24,000 nucleotides of DNA. It comes from Acaryochloris marina S15. Its GTDB lineage: Bacteria; Cyanobacteriota; Cyanobacteriia; Thermosynechococcales; Thermosynechococcaceae. Where the stretch lies: the NCBI RefSeq assembly GCF_018336915.1, contig NZ_CP064923.1, forward strand, positions 614,185-638,184. Direction: 5' to 3'. The notes below the pieces were generated by a model. It was not told where the DNA came from and made no database searches. It saw only the letters and a list, made by a program, of their open reading frames with translations. Each line of letters starts with the position of its first letter. The first letter of the stretch is position 1. Made by a program: the position numbers and the translations under genes. Shown piece after piece: positions 1 through 7,651 of this stretch.

Positions 1-1418
1 CGTTCCCCTAAACATCGCAAGAGCTTGATAAACAGGTCCTGCTCCATTTCTTGGAAAGGACCTTGTTCACAGAAGTCATGCCAAGCCTGATCGGCATGAA
101 TACCCCCCTGTTGAGCAATGCTAGATAGCATCTGTTGAATTAGGGTGGAGATATGCAAGCGTCCGGCGATCGGTGGTTCATACCAGCCCTTTAGCAGCAA
201 ATTGATAATGGCAATCCCTTGCACTAAATCGGGATATAGAGCCTGTTCTGGAGAGGTGTAGGCACTCAGTTGAGGGACCGATACATAGACCCGCATAATC
301 GCCGGATCGCCTGCCCGTCGGCCTGAACGCCCTAATCGCTGGCGAGTGCTCGCCACAGAGCTAGGGGGACCAATCTGGGCAATGGACTGGACGGCTCCCA
401 CATCAATCCCCATTTCTAAGGTCATCGTACAAATGACGTTGACGGGATGATCTCGCTTGAGGGCTTCTTCTGCCTCGGCTCGCAGTTCCTTCGACAGGCT
501 GCCATGATGGGGCATAAACTCATTGGGTACCCGGTATTCTGCGGAGAAATTGCGCAAAATATCGGCGTACCGCTCCACCTGGCGGCGGCTGTTGATAAAA
601 ATTAGATTCTTTTCTCCTCGCAAAGACTGGAAGAGGTGCTGAGCAATTTCTACTGCATCTGGGGGCGGCATGGTTTCGTCCTCTTCCTCCTCCGGGTCTG
701 GGGGTGCCGACCGATAGCCTCGGAGCTGCAGCTTGAGTTCATCTCCCTTAGCAAAGGACTGGACAAGTTGGACCCGCTCTTGTTGTCCGGGACGCAGGAA
801 TTCTGCTGCTAAAGACATATCCCCCAGAGTGGCACTTAAGCCAATGCGGGGGACGGGACGACCGACCACCTGTTCAACTCGCTGCATCAGGGATTGGAGC
901 TGTCGACCCCGCTCAATGCTGATAAAGGAATGCATTTCGTCAATAACGATGTAAGACAGGGAAGCGAAGAGTCGACTCAGTTCCTGGCCCCGCAAGACAA
1001 ATAGAGCTTCTAGGGATTCGGGGGTAATGAGCAGCATGCCTGCGGGCTGCTTGAGCAAACGTTTTTTCGGACCGGAGCCGATATCCCCATGCCAGGGACA
1101 AACGGGGATATTAAGGCAATCGCCAATGGCGGATAGACGGCGATGCTGGTCATTGATCAAGGCTTTGAGTGGCCCCAGTCCAATCACCTGAATGCCTTGG
1201 GCAGGTTGATCGACCAGTTGTGAAAAAATTGGTAGAAAAGCGGCTTCTGTTTTGCCTTGGGCGGTGGCCGCAGTAATGATCACATCCTTATCCCCGGCCA
1301 GAATGGGGGGGATGGCTAGCTCCTGGATTTCTCGCAGGGCGGGCCATTTTTTGCTGGCAATCCACTGTTGCACGCGGGGGTGGAGGCGATAAAAGTTGGA
1401 GGTGGCAGGAACAGTCAC
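1..1418 (-). CDS. Superfamily-2 DExH-box helicase, Lhr-like; 5' part only (about 472 codons, gene runs off the window start)
   Basis: Absent from the ORF track because it is open at the window edge. My minus-strand translation gives FYRLHPRVQQWIASKKWPALREIQELAIPPILAGDKDVIITAATAQGKTEAAFLPIF (Walker A-like), LLITPESLE, VIDEMHSF (DExH box, ATG at 935-933), GLSATLGD, FMPHHGSLSKELR, CTMTLEMGIDVG and STRQRLGRSGRR (motif VI). The only canonical in-frame start ahead of the conserved N-terminus is GTG at 1418. Confidence 0.8.
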   Translation of the reverse strand, partial: MTVPATSNFYRLHPRVQQWIASKKWPALREIQELAIPPILAGDKDVIITAATAQGKTEAAFLPIFSQLVDQPAQGIQVIGLGPLKALINDQHRRLSAIGDCLNIPVCPWHGDIGSGPKKRLLKQPAGMLLITPESLEALFVLRGQELSRLFASLSYIVIDEMHSFISIERGRQLQSLMQRVEQVVGRPVPRIGLSATLGDMSLAAEFLRPGQQERVQLVQSFAKGDELKLQLRGYRSAPPDPEEEEDETMPPPDAVEIAQHLFQSLRGEKNLIFINSRRQVERYADILRNFSAEYRVPNEFMPHHGSLSKELRAEAEEALKRDHPVNVICTMTLEMGIDVGAVQSIAQIGPPSSVASTRQRLGRSGRRAGDPAIMRVYVSVPQLSAYTSPEQALYPDLVQGIAIINLLLKGWYEPPIAGRLHISTLIQQMLSSIAQQGGIHADQAWHDFCEQGPFQEMEQDLFIKLLRCLGE

Positions 1419-1451
1419 GTTGCAGACTCGGCAATGAACATTGCTAAGAGC

Positions 1452-3932
1452 TTAGTCGATTGCTGGCAGGGTGAAAATAAAGGTGGTGCCTTTGCCGACT
1501 TCTGTTTCAAAATGAATCTGGCCACCATAGCTCTCGACAATTTTTCGGCAAATGGAGAGGCCAATGCCTGTGCCTGGATACTGGTCGCGCTGGTGTTGAC
1601 GGGCAAACATGGTGAAAACGCGATCGCAAAATTCTGGAGCGATACCAATTCCCGTATCGCTGACTGAGATCTGCCAATGAGAGCCTTGGCGTTGGGCCTT
1701 AACCGTAATGTGGGGCGGTTGATCACCATGAAACTTGAGGGCATTGCCGATCAAATTCTGGAAAAGCTGCACGCTTTCCACTTTGCCGAGGATTAAGGTG
1801 GGCAACTCATCATAAACAATCCATCCTTTTTTTTGTTCAATTTGCAGGCTATAGTCACTGGCGATCTGCTGAACAATCGTATTGAGATCAATGGGTTCAG
1901 GGGACTGCTGCTGACGACCCACCCGAGAATATTGGAGAACAGATTGCACGAGGGCATCCATCCGCTTGGCCCCATCAATAATGTAATCAAAGTAGCGACG
2001 GCCATTGTCATCGATTTGGTCGGCATAATCTTCCAGCAGTAATTCAGAAAAGCTTCTGATTTTGCGTAAGGGTTCCCTCAGATCATGGGAAGCAACATAG
2101 GCAAATTCTTCTAAATCTCGGTTCGAGCGCTTCAGCTCTAAGACGGCTTGCTCTAAGTCCACCTGACTCTGCTTCGACTCCGTAATATCTAAGCCACAGC
2201 CAATCATGCCTGCAAACTGGTTGTCGATATATCGAGGAATAACGGTATTGAGAATCCAGCGGTAGGTACCGTTGCGATCGCATCGCCGATACTCCAGTTG
2301 CAAAGATGTTTCTTCCACAAAACTAGTTTTGAGCTGGCTCACGAAACTGGCATGATCATCAGGATGAATAGTATCCAGCCAACCCCAATTAATTTCTTGC
2401 TCAAGAGATCGGCCCGTAAAGGTTTGCCATGTCTGATTGACGTAAGTACAGCGTTGATTCGTATCGCAAACCCAAATCAATGCAGGTAAAGAATCCGCCA
2501 AAGATCGAAATCGAGACTCACTTTCCTCTAACTGGGCATTTGCACCCACCAAAGCGTCAATATTTTGGTTGATATTTTCCTGTAACTGGTAGTTAGCTTG
2601 TTCTAAAGAGTCAGCCACCTTTTTAAAGGGAGTGATGTCAATGCACGATCCGACATAGCCCACAAATTTTCCGTTGGGTAAAAAACGAGGCTGCCCAGAA
2701 TCGATGAGCCAGCGATAGTCACCCGCATGATTCAGATAACGATATTCGAGTTGCAGCGATCGTCGTTCTTCAAACGCCAAGGTCAATGTAGTCAGACAAT
2801 CATGAATATCTGCAGGATGGATGCCAGTCGCCCAACCCTTTTGGATTTCTTGTTTTAACGTTCTGCCTGTAAATTTCAGCCATTCTGCGTTGAAATAGGT
2901 GCGTCGATTGTGTTCATCCGCCACCCAGATCAGAGCTGATGAACAGTCAGCCATGGCCTGAAATCGTTGTTCACTCTCAATTCGTTTGACTTCGGCTAGC
3001 TTGCGAGCGCTAATATTCTGCATAAAACAGAAATGCCCCAGGAACTCGCCTTGCTCATCCCGATTCGCCACCATGGTGAGTTGCTGATAGAAGATGGCAC
3101 CTTGCTTGGTGATCCCGCGCGTTTCTAAGGTGATTTTGCCGGTGTCTAACATGATGTTGTAAGCCGATTCCAAAATGGGAAGATCGCTGACAAATACCGT
3201 GGTTTGCCAAGGCAATCCCACCAATTCTTCGGGGCTATATCCAAAATGTTGTGCATAAGTATGGTTAACTTCCACAAAACATCCCTGGGGATCGAGTTGT
3301 GAAATCCCTTCCATCGCACTTTGTAAGGCCGTGTAAAAACGTTGTTGCTGAGATTGATGTTGCGTCATCTCAGCAAGCTTGTGTTTCACATCGTCTATGG
3401 ATGCTGCTTCGATAGGCTGGGCAGCCACAATGGAGGGTGGGGATATGGAGGTCAGTTTCCAGGTCCGTAACTTTTCTAGGCTTAAAGTTCCGACGAGTTG
3501 TCGACCCTTCAGAACGGGCAAATATGACAGTCCACCGACCTGGAAACAACCCATTGCCTGTTCCCAAGTTCTTACCTCAGAAATTTGGGGATAGTGCTTA
3601 GCAGTGGTCAGTACCTCCGTAAGCGGAGTGCTGGCAAAATCATATTGCTCAGCTACGAGCCGCATAATATCCTGATTCGTAAATAGACCTTTGATCTGGT
3701 CCTGTTCAAGAACGACAACATAACTTTGCGGATTGTTCACCGCCCCGGATTGCGGTTGATGCCACTGGGGGACTGTTCCCGCCTGCATCATCTGGACAAC
3801 CTCCAGTAATGTCACCTCAGGGGACACCACAGGGGGATGACAATCCAGCATATGCTCAATAGTCAGGGTGCTTGGCATAAATAGCGTAGTCTCATCCAGA
3901 CTGACAGATTCATACAGTTCAAAAATGAGCAA
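1452..3932 (-). CDS. Soluble multi-sensor histidine kinase: CBS pair + 3 PAS + HisKA + HATPase_c
   Basis: 826-aa ORF. It has two CBS-like segments at the N-terminus and three PAS-like blocks, two of which carry the ALIWV...GW...IHP(A/D)D signature. H-box is ASHDLREPLRKI; ATPase boxes are NLIGNALKF, DTGIGI and GTGIGL. The track start at 3932 is TTG. The first ATG (MPSTLTIEHML) at 3878 is an equally plausible start. Confidence 0.9.
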   Translation of the reverse strand: MLIFELYESVSLDETTLFMPSTLTIEHMLDCHPPVVSPEVTLLEVVQMMQAGTVPQWHQPQSGAVNNPQSYVVVLEQDQIKGLFTNQDIMRLVAEQYDFASTPLTEVLTTAKHYPQISEVRTWEQAMGCFQVGGLSYLPVLKGRQLVGTLSLEKLRTWKLTSISPPSIVAAQPIEAASIDDVKHKLAEMTQHQSQQQRFYTALQSAMEGISQLDPQGCFVEVNHTYAQHFGYSPEELVGLPWQTTVFVSDLPILESAYNIMLDTGKITLETRGITKQGAIFYQQLTMVANRDEQGEFLGHFCFMQNISARKLAEVKRIESEQRFQAMADCSSALIWVADEHNRRTYFNAEWLKFTGRTLKQEIQKGWATGIHPADIHDCLTTLTLAFEERRSLQLEYRYLNHAGDYRWLIDSGQPRFLPNGKFVGYVGSCIDITPFKKVADSLEQANYQLQENINQNIDALVGANAQLEESESRFRSLADSLPALIWVCDTNQRCTYVNQTWQTFTGRSLEQEINWGWLDTIHPDDHASFVSQLKTSFVEETSLQLEYRRCDRNGTYRWILNTVIPRYIDNQFAGMIGCGLDITESKQSQVDLEQAVLELKRSNRDLEEFAYVASHDLREPLRKIRSFSELLLEDYADQIDDNGRRYFDYIIDGAKRMDALVQSVLQYSRVGRQQQSPEPIDLNTIVQQIASDYSLQIEQKKGWIVYDELPTLILGKVESVQLFQNLIGNALKFHGDQPPHITVKAQRQGSHWQISVSDTGIGIAPEFCDRVFTMFARQHQRDQYPGTGIGLSICRKIVESYGGQIHFETEVGKGTTFIFTLPAID
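1620..1627. repeat. HIP1 octamer GCGATCGC
   Basis: Exact match read from the sequence. Confidence 0.95.
2274..2281. repeat. HIP1 octamer GCGATCGC
   Basis: Exact match read from the sequence. Confidence 0.95.
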
Positions 3933-4059
3933 AATGTGAGTAAGTAGCCTTTTGACGGCAGTATGCCCAAACTGCGGTCATCCCTCACGCCCTCTTGATA
4001 ATTTGTGATAGTTTCGAACAGTCTGCCGCTCTAGCATTAACCCATGGGTAGAGATGACA

Positions 4060-6189
4060 TTAGAAATCAAACACACTGACAAAGGGGCGGTCCGTTGTCC
4101 AATGGTCTTGAAAATGGCTAGGGAGTTTGACATGGAATGTGGTCCCCTCCCCTGGCTTCGACTCAGCCCAGATTGAGCCATCATAGTGGTCAATAATTTT
4201 CTTGCAAATAGCCAATCCGATACCCGTGCCGTCGTAGTCTGTTCGCTTGTGCAATCGCTTAAACATTACAAAAATATCTTCTACAGCATCCTCTAAGATG
4301 CCGATGCCGTTGTCTTCAACGGTGATTAACCAATGCTTTTGGAGTTGACGGGCTGCAATCTGAATATGGGGAACCGCATCTCCTCGAAACTTTAAGGCAT
4401 TCGACAATAGATTCTGAAAGACCCGCTGAATATCCGTCGGATTGATCATAATTTCAGGTAAGTCGCCTACTTCAATCACAGCCTCACTCTCAGCAATGGT
4501 CAGGCTTAAGTCTTGCTGGACTTGCTTTACCACCTGTCCCAAATCTGTTAAAGCTACCTCTCGTGCTTCGGAGGACAACCGAGCATAGGCTAGCAGATCA
4601 GCAATCATCGCCTGCATTCGCTCCGATCCGTCAATCACATAATCGAAATACCGTTGCCCCTTTTCATCGATGTCATCTACATAGTCTGCTTGTACCAACT
4701 CTGCGAAGGATTTGATCTTACGCAAGGGCTCGCGCATATCATGGGAGAGGGCCGAAGCCATCTGTTCTAATTCTTGGTTGGATCGTAATAGCTCTGTATT
4801 GACCATTTGACATTGAGCTTCCGCTTGTTTCATAGCGGTGATATCCATTGTGGTGCCAATGTATCCACAAAATTTTTCATCCAGGGTATATCTGGGTTTA
4901 CCCATGGAAAGCATCCAGGCGTAGCTGCCATCGTTCTGGCGAAGCCGATGCTCGATCGAAAATTCTTGCTGTTGGCTAAAGCTCGACTCATAGGTTTTCT
5001 GCCACTGCTGTCGATCATTAGGATGAATACCTGACATCCATCCGTCACCGATCTCGGCATCGGTTGTACGCCCTGTAACGGTTAACCAAGTCTGGTTAAA
5101 AAATGAAAACATCATGTCCGCATCCGTGACCCACATTAAGGCGGGGGACTGATGGGCCATCCTTTGAAAATATCGGTCTTGTTCACAGTTCGCGGATTGC
5201 TGCAATCTCCAAACGAAGCAACTTCCCCCGGCCCACAACAAAACTACTCCCAAAAAGGGTAGAAGTAAAAATAACCCGCTGTTGTGTTGATGAATAAAAT
5301 CAGGTGTGGCCTGGGCGACCATGACCCAAGTTCTCCCTGGCACAGTAGACAAGGCAACATTTCGGGTCAAATCTGAGGGGTTTGCTTGGACTGTCCCATG
5401 AGAACCTGCATAGAGCAGTTGAGAGGCCTGGGGATTGGTCTGATCGATCAACTGCACGGAAAGCCCTGCCTGAGTAGCCCGCTCCCCAACATTTGCCAGT
5501 AAAGCATCCAGCCGATAGCTCCCCACCACAAATCCTCGCAACATTAATCGCCTCTCCTGAGGCGTTTGCGGCTGATTGCGGTAGACAGGAGAAACCTTGA
5601 AAAACAGATTGGGAGTATTCTGAGCCGGTGACAGGATTGGTGTTATCCGATCTTGGCCAGAATCTCGTGATTTTTCTAAGGTTTGACGCTGCAAAGCATC
5701 TGAAGCCCGATCAAACCCTAAATTGTGTTCATTCCCTTGATAGGGTTCTACAAAAGCGACGGGGAAATATGTATTTCGCTTTTCAGCGACTTGTCTTGTC
5801 TTGGGTTCCCTTCCCTGCGTGAGCTTGAAGTTCGAATATTCTGTTTGACGCTTAATCTCCAAGGGTTGTCGTTGGGGGTGCGAGATGTAGGGAACCCATT
5901 CCAAGGCTTGAATGTCTGGATGCTTTGCCAGGTATTGTTGCGTGACTAAACGAAACTCTTGAGATGTAACTTCTTCTGACCCCGTAAACAGAATATTGAG
6001 ACCATTGAGGGGTGTAAAGTTGAGCTGCAATTCTCGATCTAAAGCGATAGAAATCTCATCGACCTCTTGGCGAAATTCTTGCTCTATTCCATTTAATTCA
6101 GCCTGCCGAATCACGATAGCTGCAGGTACGGAAGCTAGAAGACTACTTCCTCCCAAGGCCAACATCATGAATAAGTGACGTCTATCCAT
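4060..6189 (-). CDS. Membrane histidine kinase with periplasmic CHASE-type sensor: TM-CHASE-TM-PAS-HisKA-HATPase_c
   Basis: 709-aa ORF. N-terminal hydrophobic segment is LFMMLALGGSSLLASVPAAIVI. A CHASE-like block follows (ALEWVPYISH...YFPVAFVEPYQGNEHNLGFD...VSPVY), then a second TM (GLFLLLPFLGVVLLWAGGSCFVW) and one PAS. H-box is LSHDMREPLRKI; ATPase boxes are NLLSNALKF, DNGIGI and GTGIGL. Confidence 0.9.
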   Translation of the reverse strand: MDRRHLFMMLALGGSSLLASVPAAIVIRQAELNGIEQEFRQEVDEISIALDRELQLNFTPLNGLNILFTGSEEVTSQEFRLVTQQYLAKHPDIQALEWVPYISHPQRQPLEIKRQTEYSNFKLTQGREPKTRQVAEKRNTYFPVAFVEPYQGNEHNLGFDRASDALQRQTLEKSRDSGQDRITPILSPAQNTPNLFFKVSPVYRNQPQTPQERRLMLRGFVVGSYRLDALLANVGERATQAGLSVQLIDQTNPQASQLLYAGSHGTVQANPSDLTRNVALSTVPGRTWVMVAQATPDFIHQHNSGLFLLLPFLGVVLLWAGGSCFVWRLQQSANCEQDRYFQRMAHQSPALMWVTDADMMFSFFNQTWLTVTGRTTDAEIGDGWMSGIHPNDRQQWQKTYESSFSQQQEFSIEHRLRQNDGSYAWMLSMGKPRYTLDEKFCGYIGTTMDITAMKQAEAQCQMVNTELLRSNQELEQMASALSHDMREPLRKIKSFAELVQADYVDDIDEKGQRYFDYVIDGSERMQAMIADLLAYARLSSEAREVALTDLGQVVKQVQQDLSLTIAESEAVIEVGDLPEIMINPTDIQRVFQNLLSNALKFRGDAVPHIQIAARQLQKHWLITVEDNGIGILEDAVEDIFVMFKRLHKRTDYDGTGIGLAICKKIIDHYDGSIWAESKPGEGTTFHVKLPSHFQDHWTTDRPFVSVFDF

Positions 6190-6285
6190 GCTCAGACTTT
6201 AACAGTCTTCTCCAGCTCTAAGACACATCTGTATTCATCTATAAAGTGGTATATATAGCTAAAATTGGCGCTATTTTACTAAAAT

Positions 6286-6708
6286 CTAGCTTTTGGAAGG
6301 CAGTTTAGCAATTTCTGTCCAATATGTACTAATGCTTGAAATAGTACTGATGTATTGAGATAGGCTGGCTGGCTTTTGAATAAAGCAGTTGGCCCCTAGC
6401 TCGTAGGCTTTTTGGATATCTTTATCTGCATCTGAGGTCGTAAAAATGATGACTGGGATCATGCAAAAAGCGTCATTTTTCTTGATAGTCTCCAACACCT
6501 GTAACCCATGAATACCCGGCAGATTGAGGTCTAGGAGAATCATGCTGGGTAGACTTTTTTCCTGGTATTCTCCTTCCCGGAATAAATAGGATAGAGCACT
6601 TTGTCCATCCACAACCCAATCTAAATCAATAGCAGCATGAGAGCGCTGGACACCATTTTGGGTTAATTCGATATCCGCAAGATCATCTTCAACTAGTAAA
6701 AGTTTCAT
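6286..6708 (-). CDS. Single-domain CheY-like response regulator (Rcp1-type, no output domain)
   Basis: 140 aa. Motifs: MKLLLVEDD acidic pocket, ILLDLNLPG phospho-acceptor Asp, IIFTTS, and the conserved Lys in CFIQKP. It lies directly upstream of the CHASE kinase on the same strand (96-nt gap). Confidence 0.9.
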   Translation of the reverse strand: MKLLLVEDDLADIELTQNGVQRSHAAIDLDWVVDGQSALSYLFREGEYQEKSLPSMILLDLNLPGIHGLQVLETIKKNDAFCMIPVIIFTTSDADKDIQKAYELGANCFIQKPASLSQYISTISSISTYWTEIAKLPSKS

Positions 6709-7018
6709 ACTCTTATTCCGCCTAAATTGATACCACTAAAACTCTCACTTGGTAACGCTTACAGAAGATAGTCAACCGCTAAAGCTTTGTTCTAGGCTGT
6801 AGCACTATGTCCACAATTGATTGATATCAATCTTAATGGAGTCTTTATGAATCGACAATTCAATATACAACAATCTATGCTAAGTCGACAATATTAGGAA
6901 CACATTAATAGAAGGAAATATATAGTTTTTGAATCTCCTCAAAAGATAGGATCTCTTTTCTCCGAAAATAGAAAAAAATTTAGATTTCTAAAGGGCAACG
7001 AAGATTAAGTTATTCTAT

Positions 7019-7039
7019 TTATTATCTATAAGATAATAA
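7019..7039. repeat. 21-bp palindrome TTATTATCT-ATA-AGATAATAA in the AT-rich divergent spacer
   Basis: Exact 9-bp arms with a 3-nt spacer. The low-complexity AT-rich context reduces its significance. Confidence 0.6.
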
Positions 7040-7245
7040 TAATTATCAGCATATTGCAAAATCAATTTTCGGCGCTGGATCTTCCTGCAGAACCCGTATT
7101 ATGCAATACATGACAGATACGGAAAAAGGTTTTTGTCTTGTCGCTAAAGCTAGTTTCTATCCTGTTGTAGCATTCAGTTTTCACTGTATATAGAGATAAG
7201 CTATATCCGTATTAATACCGAGATAATATTTTTTTGAAATATTTA

Positions 7246-7482
7246 ATGAATTCCGTATGTTCACTGAAGCATTCTGAAGAATTAAACGGGTATAAGAGAG
7301 GTACGGTATTGGTCGTCTACATCCGCAGAAACGCGGATTCTTTATCTAAGTTCATAGATTCTGAGACCTATTGCTGGGTTGATATGGGGGGATCGAAGAG
7401 CCATTCATATGGCTCAACATCCAAAGAAAGAATGACCAAGTTCGGACAAGAACTGGGCAATATTGGGGAGATACAAGAATGA
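7246..7482 (+). CDS. Orphan small ORF (78 aa from ATG 7246; 82 aa from TTG 7234), function unknown
   Basis: This is the only ORF of at least 60 codons inside the AT-rich spacer. I recognise no motif. Stop TGA (7480-7482) is followed at once by T8 (7483-7490). It may not be expressed. Confidence 0.25.
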   Translation: MNSVCSLKHSEELNGYKRGTVLVVYIRRNADSLSKFIDSETYCWVDMGGSKSHSYGSTSKERMTKFGQELGNIGEIQE

Positions 7483-7651
7483 TTTTTTTTCTGAATATAA
7501 AAATGATGCTTACATCATTGATTTGACCTATAACAAGGGCTGGTTATTTATGGGGGGACCAGTATACAAATCATCAGTCATAGCACCTTATCTTTGCTGT
7601 TGCTGATAGAGAGGCTCAGCCTCTAGGCTCATACGAGGGGATTCCAGGTAC

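Noticed and set aside
733-954. 73-aa plus-strand ORF
   Set aside because: It lies entirely antisense within the well-supported helicase frame and has no motif. It is a typical shadow ORF.
1-1418. Lhr-like helicase as part of an anti-phage defence system
   Set aside because: Only the helicase core is visible. No nuclease, methyltransferase, DUF1998-type or other defence partner is present in the window, and its neighbours are signalling genes. The downstream context lies outside the window, so this remains untestable here.
1368-1744. 99-aa (+) and 109-aa (-) ORFs overlapping the 3' end of the CBS/PAS kinase
   Set aside because: The kinase frame carries clear HATPase_c motifs across this span. 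The alternative frames give low-complexity sequence with no signatures.
7096-7109. Perfect NtcA-type GTA-N8-TAC motif (GTATTATGCAATAC)
   Set aside because: About six such matches are expected by chance in 24 kb. No TAN3T -10 box sits about 22 nt downstream on either strand.
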